A DNA stretch of 62,000 nucleotides from Acanthaster planci (taxonomy: Eukaryota): positions 1,240,001-1,302,000 of the forward strand of contig NW_019091405.1 of the NCBI RefSeq assembly GCF_001949145.1. The letters run 5' to 3'. The first letter of the stretch is position 1. Each line of letters starts with the position of its first letter. Position numbers and translations under genes: made by a program. Positions 51,201-61,965 of the stretch are shown here, one piece after another. The notes beneath the pieces were generated by a model. It was not told the DNA's origin, searched no databases, and saw nothing but the letters and a program-made list of their open reading frames with translations.

Positions 51201-54200
51201 TGTAGCACGGTGTATTTGATGTCAAATGTATGTTTTGGAAATTGTCTGCAAAATTGCGACTATTTAAACATTAATAAGTTCAAATTGGCCCATAGTTCTT
51301 TTGCTGGTCCTCTAGGCTGAGATTAGAGAGACTATATTTTTGTCATTCATAGAGCGGTCAGAGTTTGAGCATGCAGCCAAGATGCTCCACGGTCAGCACC
51401 TGATGGCAGTGTGCTTCAAGGACTGTACACAACACAGGTAAGGAAAAAAAGAAAAACAATTAGTTTTGAATAACCTGATGAGTTTCAACTCAACGGGCAT
51501 TGCACACTGAAAAGACTTCTAAGCTTTAGGCTTGCTTTGTGTGAATTCTATACAAGTTAATTAATAAGTTTAATATTAAGAGGGGAACCTTGGAATCAGG
51601 CACTGTATTCAAACCTGTGTCACAGTGGCACCAAATCAGCGCTCACATTTCTGAGTTTTGTTGACAAATGCTATTGTTTGCTACTTTTTGAATTGGACAC
51701 GTGACAGAGGGAATAATTTTGCCAAGGTTTTGCACGAGTCCTTCTAATTTAATAGGCATTGTTCTCACTAATTTGACAGTAAAGTCACTGAGCAGTTTCA
51801 AATGATCTCATTGACCTTCTGTATTGTAAAGATGTCCATTATTGTGTACCATAGATGTGGCTTTCTGTCATTGTCCTGTGGGCGCACCGAGCCCTTGATT
51901 CGTTTCATGACAGCACAGCTTGTGGAAAGCAAGGACCAGTTTAAAGCTGCTCTTGCTCTGTGAAGCTCTCTTGGTTTCCCGTTACTTTTCTTACTGAAAC
52001 TTTATTCCCTTGGCATTCATCACGGACGATATGTCCTCAGCTCTGACACTGATGGCTCCAAGCCCATGGTGACTGCCTTCAAGTGGGGAGACCACCACCA
52101 GCCATTGGTACAGTACAGTGGAGACTACACCACAGACAGTCTGGTCCAGTTTGTGCAAACAGCCACCCTCCCGCTAGTGGTGAGAGCAAGATTCATTCTG
52201 TCTTGAAAGTAATTAGCTCAGGAAAGATGAAAGTGTGCTGATAGGTTTTCTATCCAAAAAAGTACTAGTACTAACGTGACTTAATAGATTATAATGATCA
52301 TAGCAGGGTCTTCTCAAAGGCAAAAGATTCCAAGAACAATTCTGCTAGCACAGTCAGGCCTTCTAACATCTTTTGTGTGTAGTGCACTAATGAATCCTAA
52401 CTCCTTTGACATGTTGCCAAGTTCTCAAATGTAGTCTCTTCGTTTGTACAAACCCTACCACTGTTCATTCTCTCAAATCCTCCCATTCTTTCACTTTCCA
52501 AGAACATTTCATGCTGTGCTTCTTCAGACCTTACTGCGGGCTAGTTTACCCACAGTTCTTCGGTTAGGAAATGCGGGATTGAGCATGTTTGTGGTCTCCC
52601 ACAACTTACGGTGTCAGTATGTGTAGTCGGCCCATATTGCTAACTCTGACAGCATGGGGCCTTTGAGGCCCAAGCAATTGCTCGTCAGTTGCCGGGTGTA
52701 CACTGTCATAATGGGTCAAAGCCAGGTGCTTGGTAGGGGCAGATTGTGGTGGTCAAGATAATTTTCTGTTTTCCAAATGATTTCTGAACATTCTTCTGGA
52801 AACTAAAGCCCTAATGCAGGGTTACTTATGCGCTACTTTTGTAACTCCAAAGTTTCTTGGCACAGCCGCATTTATTAATTTTCGATGAGAATTTTTCCTC
52901 ATCTTTGTTTTTCTTGGTTTTTCTCTGCCCAGCCGGAGCTGAGTCCCAGCAACCTCCCCCTTCACTTTGCCAAGGGCAAGCCTTTCCTCATACTCTTCAA
53001 GGACGTGGATGACCAGTCCAGGGAGGCAGAGGCTTCCCTGGCTAGTCTGGCTCGAGAGAAGACCTTTGAATCGACGCTCACCATAGTGTGGATAGACGTG
53101 TGAGTTGTCTTATAACTAGACCCGTATTCCACTTAATGAATTGACTTTGTTATGTAAGGCCCCTCCCCTTTTTACCGTATATGGCAAAGAAACCCTCATG
53201 GGTGAGCATCTATGTTACTCTGGCAGGTAGTGTCCAGAAACTGCCCAATGATAAGGTCTGAGTGAGAACTTAACTGTGGCCTAATTGATTCATATTATTG
53301 GATAAGAATTTCAACATGAGGACAATTCCTTGCTGGATAAAATTATATGGTGAGGGTGTTTTAATGAATTTTGCTGCCATTTCTGTCCTCCCATGGAAAC
53401 TAAAAATCCAAACAGACACAGTAATTTAATTTTGGGGGCCATCTACATGCTTTTTGGTCAATTTTATCAGTTAGATAAACTGATATGATGTTATCATGTT
53501 ACCTTTTCACTGCTTGGAGAACCAATAGCACGGGGGTCTTAGCATCTTAAACACTGTAAATATTTCCTTGATATACCTGCTCCATTACTTTATTTACATG
53601 CAAAGCTGTCACAGGGTTATGCGCATTTAGTTGAAAATTGGTCAGATGCACTTAGCACTATTTCCTTATGCAGACCAGTGCACTCACGTCGCATTTCCTT
53701 CATTGGCATGCATGTGAAGAGCGTATTAGGCAGTCTTGAGTCCCTTCATGGAACATCTGTCATCCAACCAAAGCACAAGTCCATTTGTAAGATACAGGTC
53801 CGTAACAGGTAAAATTTCAAGTCAAATCACAAGCCAGATCAGGTCAATAACCAGTAAATCACAAAGCGATCACAATTGGTCACAAATCGATCACCGTTCA
53901 TATCACAAACAACAGGGTATCAACCATGCTATAAAGGCTGAAAAGAATTTTTTGTCTTGGGTCAAAACATAGTAATGGCTTGTGAGTGACTTGTGAGGAC
54001 ATATGATGACTTGATCGCAAACTCTGCAACTTTGACAGAAAATATCTTGCTAAATATTTCTTGCTCAGGTCCCAGCCTTCCTCCATCGGCTCAAAGATCT
54101 TGAAGGACTACGGCATCAGGCGGCAGCTCCTGCATCCCAGCATGGTGTTTGTGGACCATGCCACCAATAGGGTATGCAACTACCCTGCCGACTACAGCTT

Positions 54201-54789
54201 CAAGGCACCGGCCATGGCCAACTGGATCGTCATTGTGCTGAATGGGGAGACCTCATGCTCAGGTTTGTGTCCTCACAGATGCGGGCATTTTGGGGATTTG
54301 TAAGGGGGGGGAAGGAAGCACACATTTGGTTGGCGAAAAAGAAAGGTTTGGGAAAGGGGGTTAGGCGCTGGGGCTGGCGATTATCTGAAGGAAATAGTGA
54401 GTTCAAACTAAAAATGGTGCTCCTGGGATGCTTGGTAAGCGTGAAAGGTCCTCAGAAACAAAGTCCCCAGATAAAGGTACTTGGAGGCAAAATCCCCAGA
54501 AAAGGTCCTCAGAAACAAAGTTCACACAAGGAAACTTTTCCTTCATCCATCATCCCGCCACTTGACAGGTTTGATGGAAAGCAAGTTTGAGCCGCAGGTC
54601 AGCCCTTATGACTTCCTGGCACTGATTGAGAAAGACAAGAAGGAGGGTACCCAGAGGATGGGCAGGCTGGCCACAGAGCATCACCATGATGATGAGGAAG
54701 GGGTGGAGACTGAGGAGGACAAGGAGGAGGTTGAACAAGGGCCTGGTCAGCAGTTTGTCTCTGGAGAGCACCGCCACACAGAACTTTAG
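24258..54789 (+). CDS. TXNDC16: thioredoxin domain-containing protein 16 (ERp90), 18 exons, 824 aa, signal peptide, C-terminal HTEL
   Basis: Exons: 24258-24420, 26316-26401, 28478-28551, 29028-29102, 29901-30022, 30292-30385, 34106-34262, 36450-36610, 37507-37585, 38577-38697, 39456-39605, 49671-49920, 50589-50725, 51353-51437, 52041-52179, 52933-53099, 54069-54262, 54569-54789. All introns are GT-AG, phases close, total 2475 nt. Family-typical peptides: VDC..C, SEHRAFMEGAFAYGHLYKFVMTT, VQDDEV, LTDKTF, VECFNWPDVC..NVTAYPTIQLY, PELSPSNLPLHF..KPFLILF, PYDFL. Signal peptide MEQIFLFFCTMWLAVASAWA. Confidence 0.93.
25140..25499. mobile_element. MITE with perfect 16-bp TIR (TXNDC16 intron 1)
   Basis: TGTTACACCCCAACTA / TAGTTGGGGTGTAACA, with subterminal CCCAACTACAG / CAGTTGGG repeats. 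Confidence 0.75.
27297..27590. repeat. minisatellite, ~14-15 units of 20-21 bp with a 41-bp dimer structure
   Basis: CCTGTCCTCATTAGTTTTTG alternates with CCTGTCCTCACAATGTTTTTG. Confidence 0.92.
34765..35055 (+). mobile_element. partial, diverged copy of the TTAA element at 61400-61965
   Basis: GTCAGCAGTGCACTGTGC..TTTCGGGAACAAA...CACAATCTGG...GCCTGGCTGAAATA is shared. The end CCCGGCGCGAAGTGG resembles CCCGGCAGCAAGTGG. Confidence 0.65.
36173..36417. mobile_element. MITE family with GGGT(A/C)ATTC termini (other copies 37248-37431 and partial 27808-27960)
   Basis: Ends ATGGGTAATTCTATA / TATAGAATGACCCAT. Internal TGTCCCTGTCACAT...GATGTAACAGGGACA is shared between copies. Confidence 0.7.
37248..37431. 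mobile_element. MITE, same family as 36173-36417
   Basis: ATTCCAGAAATT / AATTTCTGGAAT inverted near the ends. GTCAAATAACAAAGGTCAGATGTAACAGGGACACAAAAATGTC is shared. Confidence 0.7.
37828..38150 (+). mobile_element. degenerate tRNA-derived SINE
   Basis: A-box-like TGGCCTACTGG, B-box-like GGATTGAATCC, a CTGTATACTCCCAAGGGAGCTGAGATGG core and an AT-rich tail. Confidence 0.55.
39891..39941. mobile_element. 51-bp palindromic micro-MITE flanked by TTAA
   Basis: TTAA|CCCTAACAGTCCTCAATCCTTCACCTGTTGGAGGACTGAGGACTGTTAGGT|TTAA. Confidence 0.75.
40293..40489. mobile_element. tRNA-related interspersed repeat with head-to-head tRNA halves
   Basis: Minus-strand B box (GGACTCGAACC, 40427-40437) followed by a plus-strand A box (TGGTCGAGTGG, 40460-40470). 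The body matches 21365 and 8540. Confidence 0.75.
41719..46339 (-). CDS. short-chain dehydrogenase/reductase, SDR9C family (RDH16/HSD17B6/DHRS9-like), 4 coding exons, 319 aa, nested antisense in TXNDC16 intron 11
   Basis: Exons: 46339-46003, 44398-44140, 42810-42644, 41915-41719. Introns are GT-AG, total 960 nt. N-terminal hydrophobic anchor, then KYVLITGCDSGFG, LDV, GLWGLVNNAG, VN, GRVVNMSS, catalytic YAASK, QPGAFKT and HAL...RRYLPGSDAK. Confidence 0.93.
44568..45180. repeat. 37-bp minisatellite spanning a gap (SDR intron 1)
   Basis: GAGTGACACCACTGGAATAAGATTGTTGAGGTACCTT units occur on both sides of the Ns. Confidence 0.88.
47259..47320. mobile_element. 62-bp TTAA-flanked micro-MITE variant (reverse, diverged copy ~51082-51150)
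   Basis: TTAA|CCCTAACAGTCCCAAATCCTCC...GGGGGTTAGGG|TTAA. Confidence 0.65.
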
Positions 54790-55884
54790 GTTGGACGGGT
54801 CAAGTCGAGCGCATTAAAGGGCCCTTGCTGTAGATTTTTTGGTTGCACATGAATCTATGCCATGCATCTGTGCTAGTGCAATTTACTATCACTTTGTTAA
54901 GTTTTAATTGCCACTTAAAAGTTTTTTGTGATCTTGTTAATCTGTGTAGTTGATGCTTTCACACATGGCTATGTTTATTAAAACATACATGTACATGATA
55001 TCAGCTGTGATATGGGCTTTAATCTTGTTACGGAACGCAAACAAATAGCCATAGTTTCATCTCCAGTCAAGTGCTTCATTCAGGGAAGTTTACAAATCTC
55101 AGCTTGGACTTTGGTTTTGGCCTTAGGTTTGATTTTTTTGAGTTTGGTCCCCTAAGTTGAGGTCTTTAAACTCAGTGCAGCTTAAGGTCTTTAACTGGTG
55201 GTTCTCAAGCTCATGCTTAAATCAAAGTCAGAGATAAAAGAGAGAGAGAAAAGTGCTCTCGGGGTACGCAGTTTCACCGGTGGGTAAACTGTGTTTGCTT
55301 TAGAGAATTTCAGATCATTACGAGTGTCTGCTTAAACATTATTGCTGTGGACCCCCCCCCTGGGCCTTGCAAGATATCCTCCAGCACAGATGGAGAAGTA
55401 AATTCAATAAAAATAACTCTTTCATCTTTTCAAGTCAGAAGACAGTATCCCATCATATTTACAACATCCAGTGTGAAAACGATGTCGTGTCGGCAATGAA
55501 AATGGGCAGTTTTACACCGTGGCTGCATTTCTCTGTCAAAAGGGAAATTTAGCAGTTCCTGAGACCTTGACAAAGGAGTTGTCTTTTTTAAAGTTTTGAT
55601 GTGTGGATGTCGTTAAGTACTCGGCAGAATTTCTTGCCATTTCATGAAACATTTTTAGAGTGTCATGATTTAGGAGCTAGAGAGTCGTCAAAGATTTGTG
55701 GTAGAATCCTCCAGATCTATTAACCTTGATGATGTTGTTTTGGGGGATTTTGTGGGTTTCTTTTTTTGTTTTGCACGAGGGATGTAAATTATAATTCTTG
55801 GTTCAATCTGATTTGGTGGGGGCTGTCATGGCCATGAAACCTGCTTTTATTTGAAGTTTGAAATTTGGCAAATCCTTGCAAACC

Positions 55885-56445
55885 TGATGGTTAGCGGTAA
55901 GATATCTGTAGTAGTAAGGTAGGAGGTTCAACTCCCACCTAAATGAGCATGGTAGATTACTACCAAGCTGTCACACTAGCAAGCTAGAGTTGAGAGGTTT
56001 AAGTCCTGTCCCACCTAAATGAGCATGGCAGATTACCACTAAGCTGTCTCACTAGCTAGCTAGAGTTGAAAGGTTCAAGTCCTGTCCCACCTGAATGAGC
56101 ATGGTAGATTACCACTAAGCCGTCACGCTAGCTAGAGTTGAGAGGTTTAAGTCCTGTCCCACCTAAATGAGCATGGTAGATTACTACCAAGCTGTCACAC
56201 TAGCTAGCTAGAGTTGAGAGGTTTAAGTTCTGTCCCACCTGAATGAGCATGGTAGATTACCACTAAGCCGTCACGCTAGCTAGAGTTGAGAGGTTTAAGT
56301 CCTGTCCCACCTAAATGAGCATGGTAGATTACTACCAAGCTGTCACACTAGCTAGCTAGAGTTGAGAGGTTTAAGTCCTGTCCCACCTAAATGAGCATGG
56401 TAGATTACTACCAAGCTGTCACACTAGGGTGAAAAGGTTCAAGTT
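55885..56445 (+). repeat. minisatellite of 72/76-bp tRNA-like units (~6.5 copies)
   Basis: Units start with CCCACC at 55934, 56010, 56086, 56158, 56234, 56306 and 56382. The 76-bp and 72-bp variants alternate. Confidence 0.9.
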
Positions 56446-57170
56446 TGAGCTGAGTGAGCACAAACGTCTACAAAAGGTTGACAAAATTTCTGTGGAACTT
56501 TGCAGACTTGTAGAAGTTTGGCCAGTCTTACCGCAGCACAATAATTCGGATTGATGATGTAGTTGGATTGCAACAGTGCCATCTCGGACATGACTGTGAT
56601 GCTTTTCCATGGGCATTTCCCTGGGCCAGTCAGGTCCTTTTTTTAAATCCTGGCCTAATCTCTGTCTTCAGCTCGATCTTTAGCCCCAAGATCAGTAGAC
56701 AACATTTGAAGTTGTAATGAAAATACTCAAACCTCAGAGAACGGGATAACCTTCATTCTTTGTTATGGTTGTTTGCTCTTCAAAGTGGGAACCCAAGTCC
56801 TTTTGTGTTGGACATTATGTGTATTTGTTTGTTTTCTGTGTTTGCTAACTTTGCCATTTTTATGATATTTTGGGGTGGTTTAAGTGATACTTAGTTCTTC
56901 TTTTAGTTTATCATTGGAGTATTTAGAAAGTTGAATTTGTCAAGTAATCAAGTAAACATTCCTGTCGGCTGATAGCATTCGTGGAATTTTGTGAAAGTTG
57001 TAATGAAGTGGTCAAATGCTCCTTTAAACAAGTACAAAATTACTGATGTGAGATAGTGTTGATGTATTTATCCGTAAGATTGGAAAATGTCTTTCGAGAG
57101 TTGTCTTTCAACCGTACTATATTATTCTTTTCAAAGCTAAATAAGATTCTTTTATGCGAGTGCTTAATAC

Positions 57171-57361
57171 GGGTGATTCCAAATAGTGCACCACCGAGAG
57201 TTTCCAACGCGTTGGCCAATCTCAATGCGTGAAATGTGTCGACCCTTCCAAAAGCGAATTGCCAGTCAGTACCTCCAGATGTGTCAACACATTCAAATGC
57301 ACATTGCGTACAGTAGCCACTGCGTTGTAGACTCTTGGAAGCGCACTATTTGGAATTGCCC
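57171..57361. mobile_element. MITE with ~40-bp imperfect TIR (Harbinger/Tourist-like GGG termini)
   Basis: GGGTGATTCCAAATAGTGC.. / ..GCACTATTTGGAATTGCCC. Confidence 0.7.
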
Positions 57362-59997
57362 TCACTAAAACCTCCATTCTCTCAATGTCTGATTAGTGTT
57401 GATGTCATATGCATGTATGTGCATTTTCAATGTCCATGAAAAAGTTATACATAAAAATCAAGTTGAAGATGTGGACTTACAGCCAGCTCATACTTCAGGC
57501 AAAAGCGGAGCAAATTTGATGTTGCAGTGTATTTTGCAGCCAAATTTGTTTCAGTTGATATGTGTTCAACTTTGGCGATTTCGCAGCATGAACATTTTTA
57601 TCTCACCTCATAATTTCTCTTGTGTGTTTGCTTTCATGTCAAGCATGAACCAGTCTTCAGGATTTGTATCTTACTGGACTGTATATATCTTCTGTGTGTA
57701 AGCCATTTGGAAGGTGTGTGAACTTGTTCCAAAGAGATAAACATTAGTGGATGTGGACCTTCGATGGCATTCACTGAATTGAAAAATAACATTAATCATG
57801 GCTGTTTTTTCTGCCAGGTGACCGTTGGTTAATGCACACGAAGGTGTAAATGCTCATTTAGAATGTTTTTTCTACATGTCAAAGCTCATTTATTGATTGT
57901 ACATCTAGGGCTTTGGTGTATTGGCTTTGTTAGTGCGTTGCTTTGAAATACAGACACAGTTATGCAAAAGCCACACAAAAGCCGAACAAGATTTAGCCGA
58001 AGAAAAGAGGTAATCGGCTGCAGGCTTCACTTTGCACTGTGAGTTTGTAGTCCAGTTATTCTACATACCTGGAGGGAATGCAAAACCTGTACGGTGGAAA
58101 CAAACGATAAAGCATTGAATAAAGTGTTACAAAAACACTCCCCAACCAAGAGTCATCTCACTGGACAAAATTCTATTTGCACAGAGTAAATTTCAGAATG
58201 TGTACACTCATAGTACAACCGCAAATATTTGAATATTGAAATACAGATTACACAATTAACAGTATTTACTTTTAATTTGTATATTTTGGCTGAAACACTT
58301 GTATTTCCTGCCACAATGTGGCTAGGTGTATTTTATATTCATTGTCACTTTTAAAGCTGTTCGGAATAGTCAACTAGACTTGTTCAGTGCTGGACCTGTA
58401 CGAGCATGTGGTCATTCAGAGATTATAGTCAACTCATGATTAATCGCAGTCCTTGATTGAACAACTCCACGTTGTATTACGACTGTTGCCATCTTCCTGC
58501 CAGACTTGAACTTGTTTATTTTTTTTATCTTGTCAAATTGTTATCCGAGATCATGAAACGTGAATCTTATTTATTAAAAGAGTAATGTTCATACAAGTAT
58601 GGTACATTAAATGTTTCAATCAGCACAGCTGTCTTTATGTCTTATGACTTTTTCATTTTTGGAGCAAACAAGTTGGATATAGGGTGCTGTCACTGACCTA
58701 TGTGACCTGACATGCATCTGCCATTGTCATAGGCAAAGATTGCCGTGCCACGCTTCATTACTGTTTGCATTGTAGGCGGGCTTTCAAAGCTTCATCAATG
58801 GCAAAAGCACAAGAAAAATGCAGAACCAATTTGTGGTACTGGATCGGAATGATGGCAAGCACACAACACAAGTGGTGACATTTCTTACAACATTCACTGT
58901 TATTTTATATGAAAATGAGTACCACTGTCTAATTTTCAATGTACGATGTGATTGCTTGTCAAACACGTGGGTGAGGTACACATTATGGTGGCCGATTTTG
59001 GGAAATCTGTGAGGTCAAATGGTATGTTGAGGTCTTGTGATTGGACCCATTATCCACTCAAATTCCAAAATGCCAAATGGAAAATGGGGGTACATGGTTC
59101 ATTCTCATCCGTAAATTGGATATGTATATACCAATAATTTAATATTAATTTCTCTGTATTTTACTATCTAGTGGCAGGACCATAAAAGGCTAAATTAAAA
59201 GGCGACTATGGTGTCCTGTGATAGAGGCTTTGCATTGTGGCCATCTTACCTCCTTTGTGTTTACCCTGTAGAACAAAAGCACTGGCCTGCAAGATGGCAG
59301 CCATGCAAACCCTTGATAGTACTTCATAGTTTCCCTCACTAATGACTACGTAGGGGTGACACTTAGAAATGAAGGACAGCTAAGTGTTTCCTCACTTGTA
59401 ACTGTACTGTGGTCGCAAACTTCCAAAAATGTTACAAATTTTGTCGCCCAGACCTAGACTTTTGTCAAGTAACGCACACAGAGGTACATTTTGTCTTGAA
59501 ATCATTCACAGATGTGGGCCTAGGTGGTTTTCAAAGCTTCAGTTGAGAGGAAAGATCTGTTCTGCATTTCTGTGTGCAGATGGCCAAGTTCGTCATTTCT
59601 GGTGTGTTTCGGAACATGGATGCAACATTTGAAAAGACCCCATCAAACTTGGTGGGTATGCTTCCGGAAGAGATGTGAATTTGCCAAACCTCTCAAATGA
59701 TCTTAACACCTGTTCTGCCATACACACCTAGCATAGGCATTCCTTTCGTTTCTTGTAGTTAGGAAACCTTGTTGGTTATACTCATTTTTCTTGTGTTGAG
59801 AACACTATTTTCAGCTGGATTTTAGTTGGTGATTTTCACCTCCTTTTGCTATGGATAATCCCGAAAACCACCAACTGGACCTGACTTAGTCCTCACAAGA
59901 TTCACACAACCTGCATTATGTGGACCTCCTTTGTACTGTAGGTACACACAAAAGAAGGCAAGGTTGGCGCACGTCCTCCAACACACACTAAGAGGGG

Positions 59998-61128
59998 TCA
60001 GAGTCTTGTGTGATGCAGAAATCCACCGGGAGGTTTGGTGATGACGGTCTTCCCGTTCATGTACGGCTGCAAAGCCTTGGGGATGGACACACTCCCATCC
60101 CTCTCTTGGTTGCATTCTAGCAGTGTGAGAAGGACCCGGGGTACTGCGCAGGCCGTTCCATTCAACTGGATCACGACAAACAGGAGAAAAAAGAGGAAAA
60201 CTTCTGCAGTCTCATCTGAGAATCACACATTTGTCCGAATCCATCTGAAAGAAAAAACTGATCCATCCATGCGGAGTTATTAAGCCTATATGTCAGATGA
60301 TCGGCCACTGGCCAGAAAGGAGACCAGAGCTGTTGTCTGGTTGATAGCTGTCAGCTCACTATTGCGCCAAGTAAATGACCGCTGATTGGACAAGTTCTTG
60401 AGTTTTAAGATGGATATGTCATGCACAATTAAAGGCCAAATCTGTACAGAAATGGAGCAACGAACATCTGGCCCATAAACTAGAAAACCAAGTGGGAAAA
60501 TGACTTGATCCATTCTTTTATATTTCCTGGAATGCCTACTTTTCAAGATCAATTGTACAAACATGGAGTGCTTTGATGAAGCCATATTTGCTGACTTACA
60601 GTATACGCATGCCTGAGGTCACCTTCCTTGGATCTGTACTTGATCCTCAGCCTTCGGCTTTGGTAGTCTGTACAGTTGGAGGCACTTGATATCTGTTGAG
60701 ATTGTTCACAGTTGACAAAGATGTAGAAGCCGATGTGGAATAAATTGACTACAAACAGATAGGCCCAATACTAAGACACATGTTTTTACACAGAACTTTA
60801 ATTCAAAATGTTACTTTTAACCGATCTAATTTCTCACCCTTCAGCACATTTTTTTTCTGCAAAAGTAGCTTTCATGTTCTACTTGCTACCAAAGAATATA
60901 GCTCTTCAACCAATACTTAATACAACTACAAGTATTTCAATGTTGACAAATTCAGATAAATTTCTTTGAGGGTTTTTCTGTATTTTATCATGGTCTATCA
61001 AATACTCATCTGCCTCCATGATATCAATTTTTACCTCTCCATAGCTCTGTCTTGCTGGCATCCAGGCTTCTATGTCATATTTTCGATATGCTGGTGCTCC
61101 AAGATCATGAGATGGCATGTCCAATACT
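59998..61128 (-). CDS. SARS2: mitochondrial seryl-tRNA synthetase, last three coding exons (5' part outside the window)
   Basis: Exons: 61128-61035 ([32 protein letters not shown]), 60692-60600 ([31 protein letters not shown]), 60165-59998 ([36 protein letters not shown]...RL*). Class II motif 3 is present. The [17 protein letters not shown] signature is mitochondrial/bacterial-type, not cytosolic SARS1. Confidence 0.93.
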
Positions 61129-61399
61129 CTGGCAACGATTATGGTACAACAATTATGACGATACAAAGACATCATTTCTATCCCGGCTTTCAGTATCTGG
61201 TTCGTATGTGTGACGTCACTTCAGTTTAAACCACGCCCACTGCACATGTGCACTGCGCATAGAGTTACATGCATTGATTGCCGTTTATGTGGAATCATGG
61301 AACCGGAAGTTAACGCGCAACTTCAGCGATCGTCCAATGGCAGCCTGCAAATCGTGGCACGTCTGTATTTGTGACGAAGTCACTTACAAACCGGATTAA

Positions 61400-61965
61400 C
61401 CACTTCCTGCCGGGTGACCCGTTTTAGGGTACATAGGCTTTATATGCAGAGCCGGGGAGCTCGGAACCAGGACAAAAGAGTTGGGCCTTATAACAAAAGA
61501 CCGTGCTCAGCACAAAAGACTGAGCTGCTGGGCATTACCAACATTTTTTCGCTCTCAATAGTGGGGATAATCCAGCCTTGTTTTGAAACAGTATTCCAGA
61601 GTTTGAGGCATTTAGAGTGAGCAGATTACCTCCGGGGACAAAGCTTTCCACCATCGCTGCACGATAATCTGGCCCCTATTGAAAAGAGGTCAGCAGTGCA
61701 CTGTGCCGGTTTCGGGAACAAATGAATCTTACGTAACACGGCACAATCTGGGCTCTTTTTCTAAGGCTGCAAGCCTGGCTGAAATATTCAGGAGTCAATG
61801 AAAGACACCTGTCAGCTTTAGAATAGTGCCCAAAGAGTCCTTCATGTGGGTATAAATGGCCATTAAATGAAATGATGAATTTTTGAAGAATTTTGAAAAC
61901 GGAAAATCTTGAAAATGACCTGGCATCTTGTCTTGCTCAAGAAAAATTCACCCGGCAGCAAGTGG
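61400..61965. mobile_element. 566-bp non-autonomous DNA transposon with TTAA TSD (piggyBac-like)
   Basis: TTAA|CCACTTCCTGCCGGGTGA ... TCACCCGGCAGCAAGTGG|TTAA; 18-bp TIR with 1 mismatch. Confidence 0.8.
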
